Source of the DNA: Mobula birostris
Taxonomy: Eukaryota
Length of the DNA stretch: 64,000 nucleotides
Direction of reading: 5' to 3'
Assembly: GCF_030028105.1 (NCBI RefSeq)
Contig: NC_092379.1
Coordinates: 74,325,006-74,389,005 of the forward strand
The first letter of the stretch is position 1. Every line of letters starts with the position of its first letter. This document shows positions 12,963 through 24,830 of the stretch, piece by piece. The notes beneath the pieces were generated by a model. That model ran no database searches. It was given only the letters and a program-made list of their open reading frames with translations, and was not told the DNA's origin. Made by a program: the position numbers and the translations under genes.

Positions 12963-14479
12963 ACAAAAGTACAAAAATACAAAGAAAAGATTTTCAATAG
13001 TTTTACTGACCAACTTAATTGTATTTTGTAAACATACACAAATTTAGAATTTGATGGCTGCAACACACTCAGCAAAAGTTGGGACAGAGGCATGTTTACC
13101 ATTGTGTTACATCACCTTTCCTTTTACTAACACTTTTTAATCGTTTTGGAACTGAGGATACTAATTGTAGTAGGTTTGCAATTGGAAATTTTGTCCATTC
13201 TTGCTTGATATAAGACTTCAGCTGCTCAACAGTCCGTGGTCTCCGTTGTCTGATTCTCCTCTTCATGATGCGCCATACATTTTCAATAGGAGATAGATCT
13301 GGACTGGCAGCAGGCCAGTCAAGCACACGCACTCTGTGTCTACAAAGCCATGCTGTTGTAGCTCGTGCAGAATGTAGTCTGGCATTGTCCTGCTGAAATA
13401 AGCATGGACGTCCCGGGAAGAAACATCGCCTTGATGGCAACACATGTCTCTCTAAAATCCTAACATGTGCCTCAGAGTCAATGGTACCTTCACATACATG
13501 CAACTCACCCATGCCATGAGCACTGATGCACCCCCATACCATCACAGATGCTGGCTTTTGCACCTTCCGCTGATAACAATCTGGGTGGTCGTTTTCATCT
13601 TTGGCACAGAGAACTCCACGCCCATTTTTTCCAAAAATTAGCTGAAATGTGGACTCATCTGACCAGAGCACACTGTTCCACAGTCTTTCAATCCATCTGA
13701 GATGAGCTCGGGCCCAGAGAACTCGCCGGTGTTTCTGCATAGAGTTGATGTATGGCTTCCTCCTTGCGTAATACAGTTTCAAGTTGCATTCCTGGATGCA
13801 GCGACGGACTGTGTTGAGTGACAATGGTTTTCGGAAGTACTCCCGAGCCCAGGTGGTTATAATTGTCACAGTAGCATGACGGTTTCTTAGGTAGTGCCGC
13901 CTGAGGGCTCGAAGATCAGGCACATTCAACAGTGGTTTCCGACCTTGCCCTTTACGCACTGAGATGGCTCTGAATTCTCTGAATCTTTTCACAATATTAT
14001 GTACTGTAGATGTTGAAAGACCTAAATTCTCTGCAATCTTGCATTGAGAAATGTTCCTTTTGAACTGACTAACAATTCTCTCACGAATTTTGGCACAAAG
14101 GGGTGAGCCACGACCCATCCTTGCTTGCAAAGACTGAGCCTTTGATGGATGCTACTTTTATACCCAGTCATGATACCTCACCTGCTACCAATTAACCTGC
14201 TTAATGTGGAGTCTTCCAAATCGGTGTAACTTGAATATTCTGTGCACTTTTCAATCTTATTTTAACTCTGTCCCAACTTTTGTTGAGTGTGTTGCAGCCA
14301 TCAAATTCTAAATTTGTGTATGTTTACAAAATACAATTAAGTTGGTCAGTAAAACTATCGAAAATCTTTTCTTTGTACTTTTGTCAGTTAAATAAAGGTT
14401 CACGTGAATTAACATATCACAGATCTTTGTTTTTATTGCATTTTGGAAAATATCCCAACTTTTCTGGAAATGGAGTTTG
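12963..14479 (-). mobile_element. Tc1/mariner IR/DR transposon copy 2, outer ~95 bp of its 3' inverted repeat deleted
   Basis: Same family as 5444-7045 in opposite orientation. Intact end at 14479 followed by TA. The other end stops inside the IR at acaaaagtac. Confidence 0.95.
13096..14118 (-). CDS. Tc1 transposase, 340 aa, uninterrupted ORF, DD34E
   Basis: ATG at 14118. HTH and GRK(P) linker, WSDE, QQDNA, SPDLSPIE. 34 residues counted between the second D and the E. Confidence 0.93.
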   Translation of the reverse strand: MGRGSPLCAKIRERIVSQFKRNISQCKIAENLGLSTSTVHNIVKRFREFRAISVRKGQGRKPLLNVPDLRALRRHYLRNRHATVTIITTWAREYFRKPLSLNTVRRCIQECNLKLYYARRKPYINSMQKHRRVLWARAHLRWIERLWNSVLWSDESTFQLIFGKNGRGVLCAKDENDHPDCYQRKVQKPASVMVWGCISAHGMGELHVCEGTIDSEAHVRILERHVLPSRRCFFPGRPCLFQQDNARLHSARATTAWLCRHRVRVLDWPAASPDLSPIENVWRIMKRRIRQRRPRTVEQLKSYIKQEWTKFPIANLLQLVSSVPKRLKSVSKRKGDVTQW

Positions 14480-14949
14480 TACAAAGCAAAGCCTAACATC
14501 ATGAATGGCAGTGGTGCTTCGCTCCCAGATGAGCTCACTGAGTTTTATGTGAATCCCCTTGTTATCTGATGACCCTGTAATCTCTGTCTCGGAGGCTGAT
14601 GTCAGATCATCTTTCAAAAGGGTGAACCCTTGTAAGGTGTCAGGCCCTGATGGCATACCTGGTAGGGCTCTGACAATCTCTGCCAACCAGCTGGCAGGAG
14701 TGTCCAAGCTCTCACTGCTGCAGTCGGAGGTTCCCACCTGCTTCAAAAGGGCAACAATCATACCAGTGCCCAAGAAGATCAGGATGAACTGTCTCAATGA
14801 CTGTCGTCCAGTGGCACTTATATTTTCTGTGATGAAGTACTTTGATCATGACTAGAGTCAACTCCTGCCGAAGCAAGGACCTTCACCTGCTGCAACATGC
14901 CTATTGTCATAATAGGTCTACAGCAGAAGTAATCTCACTGGTTCTCCTG

Positions 14950-15200
14950 AGCAGGGATATGTTGCAATTAATCTGAAGACTGGACAAATGATTTGGAGAT
15001 TTGAGTTCAAATCTTGTGATGGAAATTGAACTCTGTTAGTTAAATGTTGGAATTTAAGAAAATCATAACCTCAGTCAAAAAAATCACCGGGTGTTCATAT
15101 AAACCCAACCAGTTTACTAATGCCTTTCAGGTGAAAAATTTGTCTGGATGTGAATCCAGATCTGTGGCAATGTACTTAACACTTAACTGCCCTCCAAAGC
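14950..15200 (+). mobile_element. Old SacSINE/DeuSINE-like SINE remnant
   Basis: B-box-like gagttcaaatc, plus ttactaatgcctttcagg...gaatccagatctgtggcaatgt...cttaactgccctc resembling the chondrichthyan SINE body. Confidence 0.5.
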
Positions 15201-16919
15201 TGGATGAACTTCAACAGCTGCACTCTGTCCTCAGCAGTTGCACTGTAACCTCAGCACCAACACTTACTGCAATTACTGAGTCATGGTTCTTCTCATTTAC
15301 CAGATTATAATTAGTAACTCTTTATTATAAATTATCTCAGTAGGTTGAATTTATAATCAGGAACTTCAACACTTTCCAGTGTAACTTCATTGTATATTTA
15401 AGATGAGTTTTTTTTTAAGGCAGAAAACTAGTGTAAAAACTGTTCCTATGAACTATTAGTTCAAGGACCAGTTGTAAAACCCTCAATATAAAAATGAGTT
15501 ATTATCTGGAACTCACTACCACACCAGACGCCAATTTCACATGGAGTTCCAATAGAGTTAAGCTTCAGGTTAGCCATGCTCCAATTTAATTCTGAATAAG
15601 ATTGATAGTTTCAAACTTTCTTAACTTTAAGTAAGAGCAAAGATAAATTGGTGAAACTTTATTTCTTGGTATTTTTGTTCCATGAACAACCTGCGGGGTG
15701 ATTGTTCTACTTGGCTGTTTTCATTTGTATTCATGATACCAGAGTTCCTAATAATAACCCTGAAATTAAATTTGATCAGCTTTATTTCCCACGGCGGGCC
15801 TGCTGATAAGAACAAGAGATTCATTGGAAACTAATGATTTATTTGGGCTTTGAATGAATTTAAGGTTTACCAGTGGTTCAGAAAATCTTTTAAGGGGTGA
15901 TCTGTTCCATGATTGTGCAGAAGGAAAGTGACTTATAGACTATCTTGAAAATATCTTGTGATCATTTTGTGCGAAGTTCAAGTATCATTTTAAAGAAATT
16001 GTGGAGGTGGAAGTCAAACTTAGGGGAGCTGGAAAATGCTAAGGTACTAAAAGAAAAACATAATTTTAGTTAAACTTTTATCTGTTTAGTGATGCGGTCC
16101 TTCTCAAGCTTAAGTTACCAAGACTAGAAGGGCAATGATGGTTCTCAACTGAGAATGATAAATTGAATTTTCTCTTTAAAGGCCATGATAACCAGGTGAA
16201 GAATATTATATTATTGATGGTTAGTGGTAATCTGAATAACTCTCTGCCCTCTTGAAATGATATATACCTTACCAATTTATTGCTAGACTGTGTTTTTTCT
16301 CCACACATAGACACCATTTATAAGACTGTAAAGATTGCATAAGGGCAAGTTGTTAACCCTGAAGCATAGTAAAAGTAAGAAAAATTTCATGAAATAAAAA
16401 TGTAAGTGATCTGATGAAGGCATCTTGACAATTCAGTGCAGCCTTTTATAAAAGGTTGTATAAGCTAGCAACAGGACTCAACAAAGGGTAGAAGAATCAG
16501 AAGTAACGATTCATATAGAAATCACTTCACAACAACATTTATTAATATGGAACAATTAATGTAACAAAAGGCATTTCATTAGAGCTCATCAAACAACCCA
16601 CATAACAAGGTATTGGGGCAGCTTGACGAAAGAATGTTTTAAGGGTCATCTTAAATGAGGAGAGAGAAGAGAAATTAGAGAAGAAAATTCCAGATCTCAA
16701 GGCCTTTGTCACTTAATACATAGATAGTAAAGGTGTAACTGTGGGAGAATGAGCAAGGTAGAAACTCGCTACTTACCTTTGGAGGAAAGCAGTTTTCTCA
16801 GGTTGTGTGGCTGGAAAAGATTAAAATAAGAAGGGGTAAGGTCTTGGAGGAAAAAAGAAGGATAAAAATTTGAAACCAGATAGTCTTGTGGAGGTATGGA
16901 TAACTTCTACTTGAGCAAA

Positions 16920-17236
16920 TAACAGAATGCTGAAGGAAGCCAGTGGGTCAGACAGCATCTCTGGAGGCAAAGCATATACATCAGCTATTCATCAGGACTG
17001 AGAAGAGAAAAGATTGCCAGTATGTAGCAATAAAAGGAAGGAGTGTGACAGAGGAAATAAGTGATAGGCAAAAGCAGATAAAGAAGGGTGATAATGGGCA
17101 AATGGAATTGGGAGAGTATGGGAAAAGTGGACAAAGGAAGGAAGAAACACGTAGGAAAATGAGTGTGTATTGGAAGAAAACATGGAGGGAATTGGTTACT
17201 TGAAATTGGAAAATTTAGCATTCATGCTGTTAAGGT
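16920..17236 (-). mobile_element. Decayed Penelope pLTR
   Basis: ttcatcaggact (reverse of agtcCTGATGAa) at ~16988, followed by a purine-rich tract and the reverse of the GIY-YIG end. Confidence 0.55.
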
Positions 17237-17239
17237 GTT

Positions 17240-19085
17240 GGCAGAGTGTGGACAAATGTAATAGCAACAGGGTGGTTGTATTAGGTGACTTTAATTCTCC
17301 CAGTATTGTTTGGGACTCTCTTGCTGCCAAGGCCTTAGGTGGGGTAAAATTTCTTGAAATATGTAGATAGATCAACTAGAAAAGGGGCTTTATTAAACTT
17401 TATACAGGGGAATCTGTCTGGCCAGGTTATTGAAGTTACATTGGAGGAGCATTTTAGGGACAGTGATCATAAATCTGAAAGTTTTAAGATGGTTTAGGAT
17501 ATTATAGTTCCATATGAAAGTGTTAAATTGCAAAAAGACTAGTTACAACAGTATTAGTCAGGAACTGGAAAGAATAGTCCAGGGATAAGTCCACATCTAA
17601 CATTAAAGGCCAGCTGGATTGAGGTCGCGGCCAGCATGTTCGTGTGATGATGAAAGATAAGGATAGCAAGGTTTAGAAATCTTGGATGACAAGAGATGTT
17701 GCAAATTTAGTCAAAAGAAAAAGGCAGAACACATATGAAATCAGGCAAGGACCAGAGAATGTAGAAGAAGCAGGAAGTAGGCCTAAGGTCACATGAAATG
17801 CCCTTGGTAAATTGGATTACGGCGAATTTCAAGATATTTTATGCATATATTAAAAGCAAGATGATAACTAGGGAATGAGGAAAGCTACTTCAGGCCAAAT
17901 TTATTTCTAGAGTCAGAAGAAGTGGATGAGGGCTAAATGAGTTATTCAAATTAGTATTCACTGTTGGATCTCTTTTTGTTTTCTGATCCTTAGGGTTCCT
18001 TTGGGAGTCAGGAATGGTGAGCAGTCTTAATTCCAATATTTCAGTTTATTTTGGAGTACAAACAAGTGTGCAAACATTAAGCAAATAAAATAAAGAGCTG
18101 AAAACAATGCTAAGAGGTGATTGCGAAGGCAAGAGAATAAAGAAGTGAAGATGGCAACTCTGAAAAAGCCATTACTTTTATAGATAACATAAGAAAAATT
18201 ATTAAAAGTAAACTAGCTAATAGGCTACATAATTAAAACAATCACATCACGTAGCTAATACTTAGCCAATGAAAAATTATAAAGGATGATAAACCGTTAG
18301 TTTAGATTCTATACCGCTTTCAGCTAGTGATTGGGGATGAATAACCACACTGTGAAAAATATATGAGTTTGTTTAATAAAGTACAAATCTTATGAAAAAT
18401 ATCAAAAAAAATCAGTGCTTTCCAGTATCACCAAAGGGAACAAAATAGATGAAGGCGAGGTCAGGGCAAGGACATGTTGATATTCTAGGGCAAGTTGAGA
18501 AGGATGAAGTGTTGTGTATCTTGAAAAATGTTTAGCGTGGATAAGCCTCCAGGCCTGATGGAATCTCCCAGGATACTAAGGGAGAAGAGTGATGTGGCCT
18601 TGACTGAGATCATCATATCCTTTATAGCCACAGGTGAGATCCCGGTAGACTGAAGAATAGCCAGTGTTGTTCATTATTTAAGAAGGGTAAGAGGAAAAAT
18701 CCAGTAAGTTGCTGGTGAACCTTGCATCAATGGTATGGAAATTATTGAAGAAGATTCTTAGGATAGGATTTACTTGCATTTGGAAAAGCATGGGATAAAC
18801 TGTGCACCAGGAAGGTTCTGTCTCACAAATTTGATTGAGTTAAGAAGGTGGTAAAGATAATTGAGGATAAGGCAGTGGACGTCGTGTACATGGATAATGT
18901 CCTTAGCTGGCCCAGAAGAGTAGGTTAATTAAATAGGATACAAAATTGGCTTTGGAATAAAAGATGGGGTAGTGGAAGGAAGATGTTATTCTGATTGGAG
19001 GTCTGTGATCAGTGCTGTTCTGCAAGGATAATTACTTGGACCTCCAATGCATGAAAATGTAAATGGATTGATTAATAAGCAGGTA
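17240..19085 (+). mobile_element. Degraded CR1 LINE ORF2 (continues in pieces at ~20820-21020 and 23089-23440)
   Basis: VVVLGDFNSPSIVWD, K(P)PGPDG-like and VDVVYMD motifs. 3' tail ttctgttctgttct at ~23430. Confidence 0.75.
17962..18427 (-). mobile_element. Solo LTR (466 bp)
   Basis: Termini TGTTGGA...TCCAGTA. 4-bp TSD TCAC (17958-61, 18428-31). Splits the CR1 cleanly. Minus-strand TATAAAA (~18177) and AATAAA (~18047). Confidence 0.78.
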
Positions 19086-19094
19086 AGAGTGATA

Positions 19095-19655
19095 CACTCA
19101 ATGGCCATTTTATTAGATACACCTATAACCTCATTAATGTAAATATCTAATTAACCAATCATGTGGCTCAAATTCAATGCATAAAGGCATGCAGAGATGG
19201 TCAAGAGGTTCAGTTGTTGTTCAGACCAAACTTCAGAATGGGGAACAAGTGTGATCAAAGGGACTGATCTTGGAATAATTGTTGGTGCCAGAAGGAGTAG
19301 TTTGAGTATCTCAGAAACTGCTAATCTCCTTGGATTTTCATGCATAACAGTCTATAGAGTTTACAGAGGATGATGTGAAAATTAGAAAACACCCAGCGAG
19401 CAGTAGTACTGTCAGTGAAAATGCCTTTTTAATGGGACAGGACAGAGGAGAATGGTCAGACTGGTTGAAGCTGACACTAAGGTGACAATAAATTAAGTTA
19501 CCGTGCGTTACAACAGAGGTGCACAGAAGAGCACCTCTGAACGCAAAACACAATGAACCCTGAAATAAATGGTTACAGCAGCAAAAGACAACAAGCATCC
19601 AGTCAGTGGCCACTTTATTAGATATGGGGTACCTAATAAAGTAGCCTTTTGAGTG
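19095..19655 (+). mobile_element. Non-autonomous Tc1-like element (deleted transposase)
   Basis: TA on both sides. TIR CACTCAATGGCCATTTTATTAG / CTAATAAAGTAGCCTTTTGAGTG. Remnant MG..CD....GIIVGARRSSLSISETANLLGFSCITVYRVYR. Confidence 0.85.
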
Positions 19656-19661
19656 TAGATA

Positions 19662-20780
19662 CAGGTTTCTCCCGCCATCCGAAGGTAGAGCATTCCTATG
19701 AAACGGTTCGTAAGCCGGAATGTCATAAAGCAAAGAAGCAATTACTTATATGGGAAAATTTTGTGAGCGTTCGCAGACCCAAAAATAACCTACCAAATCA
19801 TGCCAAATAACACATAAAATCTAAAATAACAGTAACATATAGTAAAAGCGGGATTGATACGATAAATACACAGCCTATATAAAGTAGAAATACTTTTCCA
19901 CAATCATTGCCTGAACTGTTGTCCGTAGCGAAAATCTCATGCAAGCGCTGTTGGCAAAAACACTCCAGTAACCTTTAAGCTATGAAGCTGCCAAATCATA
20001 CCAAATAACACGTAAAAATACACAGCCTATATAAAGTAGAAATAATGTATGTACAGTGTAGTATCACTTACGGGAATCAGGAAGACAGCGCAGAGTACAC
20101 TGATGATGGTGTGTTAGGCCGAGTCATCGGAGGTTGGGGTGGTGCAGTGGCCCCCACCCTCCAGGCCGCCGAGCGATACATTGCCGCGAAGCATGCAGGG
20201 GTACAGCGGTAGCTGGGACACATCCAGCACATCTTTAAGAAAAAAGCTGTAATAAACAAGCTAATTAATTAAGTGCCGCCCGGCACGTAATTGTCAGCCC
20301 AGATCAGTGCTGATTTCTGATTGCGTCGTCTCTGATCTGGGCCGACAATTACGTGCCGGGCGGCACCTAATTAATTAGCATGTTTATTTCGACTTTTTTC
20401 TTAAAGATGTGCCCAGCTACCGCTGCATTCTCCGCGAATCGGTATCTGCCCGCGGCCTGGGGGGTTGGGGTGGTGGGACACTGGGGTGTCATCTCATCGT
20501 TGTCTGTTTCCATTAGGGCAGGCAGCTCATCTTCTCTATGACTGCTGGCCTCGATGTCGAAGGTTGAAGTTCGTCGTCTGCTGTGGCTGATGTGGAAGGC
20601 TTGAAAAACTGACAGTATGCTTGACTGTTGAGCCTCGCGCATTTTTCTATCATACAGTTCTTTGTAAGCACTCAAACCATCTTGCAAATATGCTCTAAAC
20701 CGACGTACCCTTTCAAAATTAAAGTCATACTTTATCATTGCAGCAACAGTCTCACGTAGTTGCTTCACGTTCAGTTCCTG
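19662..20780 (-). mobile_element. Tigger/pogo-type DNA transposon 3' part with a large internal palindrome
   Basis: TA|CAGGTTTCTCCCGC terminus. Minus-strand peptide KYDFNFERVRRFRAYLQDGLSAYKELYDRKMREAQQSSI resembles a Tigger transposase C-terminus. The other end is missing. Confidence 0.75.
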
Positions 20781-21121
20781 GACATTGTGATGCAACTCTA
20801 CAGTTTCCTGAAAGTGGGAACACAAACAGATAAAATTGTCATACTTACTGTTATGGGTCATTGATAATATAAAAATTGGGAAGTGACATTGCAGTTGTAT
20901 AAAACTTCTGCTTAGTTCACTTTTGAAGTGTGGTGTACTGTTTTGATCACCTTGCTATCTGTATTAAGAATGTGGAGGCTTTGGAGAAGGTGCAGAATAG
21001 TATGTTGCCTGGATTAGAGACCATGTTCCCTCTAATTTGTAATGACCAGGGTGCACAAAGACCTTGTGCTGTTCAATTTTTTGCCCAGTGACAACAACAT
21101 ATGTGCACTGAATTTTATATA

Positions 21122-21637
21122 CAGGTGTCCTCTGCTTTATGAACGTTCGCTTTACACTTAGCTTTTACGAAAGACCTACATTAGTACCTGTTTTCGGTAA
21201 CCGAAAGAGGATTTCCGCTTTTACAAAAAAAGATGCCCGCTTTAAACTTGTGTTTACTCCGAGGAAGACTACCATGACCGTGAAGCCTTGCGCGGGTAGG
21301 TGTGTGCACATGGGTGTACGTGCCGATTTTTTTTTCTACAGATCGGTTTTGGCTAAATCTTCCTAATTCTGTTAAGTAAAACTACACTGTACATACATTA
21401 TTTCTACTTTATATAGGCTGTGTATTTATCATATCATTCCTGCTTTTACTATATGTTCGTGTTATTTTAGGTTTTATGTGCTATTTGGTATGATTTGGTA
21501 GGTTATTTTTTGGGTCTGGGAACACTCAAAAATTTTTTCCATATAAATTAATGGTAATTGCTTCTTCACTTTAAGCCATTTCGGCTTATGAATGGTTTCA
21601 TTGGAACGGTCTACTTTCGGATAGCGGGGGAAACTTG
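21122..21637 (+). mobile_element. Tigger-derived MITE
   Basis: TA on both sides. Ends CAGGTGTCCTCTGC / GCGGGGGAAACTTG. Right half is the reverse complement of 19662-19895. Confidence 0.85.
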
Positions 21638-21644
21638 TATAGAG

Positions 21645-22385
21645 TGTTACCTGTCCCGTGAGTATCTCGTGAATATGACGAAGTTGTCTTATGCTACTGG
21701 AATGATGTAATGGTCTCGTGCCATTAGAATGATGTAATTGTCTTGTGATAGTGGGGTGATGTGATGTCACGTGATGGTGTGTTCTAAGTGGTATACAAGG
21801 GGAGACTGCAGTTGTGTAGTTCATTTTGGTAGGAACTCGTCATTGGTAGTTACGCCATCAGAGAAGAAGAGAGAGAGAGTGTGAAGAATCTGAACGAACC
21901 CCAAAGGGATTGGGGTTAACCAGTGGAATTCGGCGCATTATGGGTGTGACTGACATTTTGAACCATCCGTATGTGGCACGCACGTTTTGTTAACCCTTAT
22001 GTGGTTTTGGGTGTGTGATGACCACCTCTGTCAGAAAGGTCAGTTGCTTTGAGAACTCGTATTCTGCGTCATAACTTTGGAAAAGGTATTTCTCGGCTGG
22101 AACTTTTCTTCATCGCAAGGTTCGGGAAGTCTCTCCTCTCAGTTATTTCATAAATCATATGGACTTATTAAACTACCACCTTAAGACTGTGCTTAAATGG
22201 GATCTGTTAAGAATTGTCTTTAAGTTTAATCATTTGATAACTATAGAAGCATAACGCTGTTAACATCCGTTTAAGTTAATCGATTTGTTTATTGTTCCAT
22301 GTTAATTTGAGTAGAAGTTAATAAATGTCATTTCTTTTATAAAAACTCGACTCAAATTTATTTCTGTTGCTGCTGATTCATAACA
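21645..22385 (+). mobile_element. Solo LTR (741 bp, Gypsy-like)
   Basis: TGTTA...TAACA termini. 4-bp TSD AGAG (21641-44, 22386-89). Internal gaatgatgtaat repeats. AATAAA at ~22320. Confidence 0.88.
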
Positions 22386-23808
22386 AGAGATACTCACTTT
22401 AACAGCTAGCAAAACACTGTCAGTAAGAACTTTGATCTTCCCTGGGTTTGATTGTTTTTGCTCTCGTTCATCTGCACTCTCCTAAAACATACATAGCAGG
22501 CCTGTAGAGGGTAATGAAGGATTTTCTCGCTGGAGCTTTTGTACACTGTCCATCTGTGATTTGAAAAATAAATGACACTTTTAAAAAGTCAAGTTTCCAA
22601 ATATCACTCCACCTCTTCCCACTTGCAAATTCTCCAGCAAATTTTGCATCACAACAATACCTTCAGATAACATCAATTTCTGTATTAAACATTAATATTT
22701 CTCGTGGCTGCTCATTCCTGACCTCATGAGCTTCGGTGTAGCAGTTTCTACTATTTAATAAGCCGTTCTGATTTAAATGAACTAGCAGTTGTTTTGCGCT
22801 TCACACCCTTTGCTTCTTTGGAATTTGACATAGTGAATCAATAACTTCTTTAATAAAAATAGTATAAATAAGCCAGTTCCAAAATCTGCAGACAAGTCAT
22901 CGCAGACTCCATGTTGTCCGCATCAGAAACCAGAAAAGGAAAATATGATTATGTATGATTGTGAAATATACTTAACATGTCAATGAGTTAAAGGGTGACA
23001 ACCTTTTGTGTGCAGTTTAAGTTCCTTTGTGCACTAGTAGCAAAAGATGTGTGCAAGCACACACCTTAGAGGGAACATTAATTAGAGAGTATTAGCTGTT
23101 AGAGGTATTTGGACAAACAATTAGTTTTCTCGTTAGTCTTTTTCTGAGTTTGGAAATTTCAAATATTGGAGGGCAGAGGTTCAAATTGAGAGGGGGTAAG
23201 TCTCAAGAAGATGTGCAAAATATGTTTATTCACACAGCAAGTGTTAGGTGGCTGGAGTACCCTTTAATGGGAGATGATAAAAGCAGATAGGATGATGACA
23301 TAATAAGAGGCATGTAGATGGCTAGGGAGAGAGTCAGACTATGTGCAGGCAGATGGGATTAGTTAAATTGGAACCTTGGTTGGTGCAGACTTAGTTGGCT
23401 AAAGGACCTATTCTGTGCTGTAACGTTCTGTTCTGTTCTTTTTTTCTGATGTACTGAAGTTATTTTAATGGTTTTAGTTTGTTTTCTTGAATAATTCAAT
23501 AGGAGTGCATATAAAGCCAAAAAAGCATGAATTTTGGTTGTCTATCAAATAGGCTGAATAACGACCAATTTTGGGTTGCTATGTTGTGCCAGCAAATTCA
23601 GAGTTTTACTTTGAATAAAATCATGTTTTAGTCTTAAAAAGACATTGTGGAATATCATTGTAACATAATGTTGGTGAGGTATATTCATGCCTTCCATTAA
23701 TGAGGAAGCTACCTTCTTGTTTTATTTAGCATTGTAACTAGATTTTCAATGTTCTGTTGTTGGAAAACACTTGTAGATAATATCACTATATATTTGTTTT
23801 CTTTATAG

Positions 23809-23929
23809 GTTCAGGCAATTCTGGTGAATATATTTGGTGGAATTATGCGTTGTGATGTAATTGCTCAAGGAATCATTACTGCTGTTTCAGATTTGCACTT
23901 AAAAATTCCCATCGTTGTTCGATTGCAAG
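23809..23929 (+). CDS. SUCLA2: SUCLA2 exon 9 equivalent (121 bp)
   Basis: tttatag|GTT...CAAG|gtgag. [40 protein letters not shown]. Not in the ORF track. Confidence 0.98.
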
Positions 23930-24099
23930 GTGAGAGTACTTCAAAGTTATACACACACTTTTCACGCCTCTACATAAACGAATGCAGAGAATAACTACTA
24001 AACTTTTATACATGTATCAACCATTGCTGTTTTAAATAATTAGTATATTTACTTGTGCACACTCACCATATCGTTGATACACTGGACAATTGTGAACTA

Positions 24100-24830
24100 G
24101 GGTGTAGAAGTTTGTTCAGTATACCCATCAGCCTCTGTGTGGAATAAGTTGCTCCGAAGATCCCCTTTAAATCCTAGCACTCTAGCATTAAGCCTATGCC
24201 CACTAGTTTTTGATTCCTCTACCCTGGGAAAAAGTCTGAGTCAATTCACCTTATCCATGTCCCTCAAGATTTTACATAAGGACTCCTACGCTGAAGAGAA
24301 AACAGCCCCAGCGTACTTGTATCTCTTTGTAATTTAAGTCCTCCATTCCCAGCATCGTCCTCCTGATTTTTTTTAATACATTTTCACTAGCTTAATAACA
24401 TGCTTCCTATTGATGGGCAATAGCAATACACTACAAGTGAGATCTCACCTATGTCTTGTAAAACTGTGAAATGACATCCAGACTCGTTGTACTTAGTGCC
24501 CTGACCGATGAAGGCAAGCATGGCAAGGGTAATTATCACCATTTTCTCTACTTGTTGTCACCACTTTCAGGAATTATATATTTTTAATCTCTGGTCTCTC
24601 TGTTCTGGCCAAGACTCTTCATCAGGACTGGAAAGGAAGAGGGAAGATGCCAGAATAAGTGTTGGGGGCAGGGTAAGGAGGACAATCTAGAAGGGGAGAG
24701 GTGAAGCTAGATATGTGGGGGAGGCGGAAAGAAGTAAGATGCTGGGAGGTCATAGGTGGAAAAGGCAAAGGGTTGGAGAAGAAGGAATAGGAGAAGAGAG
24801 CGGGCCATGGGAGAAAGGAATGGATCAAAT
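24100..24830 (-). mobile_element. Old CR1 3' fragment followed by a reverse Penelope pLTR
   Basis: CR1 C-terminal remnants at 24100-24600. ggccaagactcttcatcaggact (reverse hammerhead half) at ~24607-24629. Confidence 0.55.

Larger units (their letters stand above)
12240..14950 (+). mobile_element. Rex1-type LINE (endonuclease + start of RT) interrupted by Tc1 copy 2
   Basis: LPTILLVSVQSLENKI...CCVLCFTET and IIAGEFN...TLDHCYTTIKN before 12955. YKAKPN..ASLPDEL and SGPDGIPGRAL...IIPVPKK..NDCRPVAL after 14480. Confidence 0.82.
21021..23080 (-). mobile_element. hAT (Tip100/ZNF862-like) element hosting two nested insertions
   Basis: TIRs (CC)ATGTTCCCTCTAA / TTAGAGGGAACAT(TA). Perfect 8-bp TSD ATTAGAGA (21013-20, 23081-88). 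Minus-strand transposase N-terminal remnant (MSNSKEAKGVKRKT...FASGKRWSDIWKLDFLK) at ~22550-22831. Confidence 0.85.

Noticed and set aside
21690-21780. Short spaced repeats resembling a CRISPR array
   Set aside because: Degenerate enhancer-like repeats inside a solo LTR in vertebrate DNA, with no unique spacers or cas genes.
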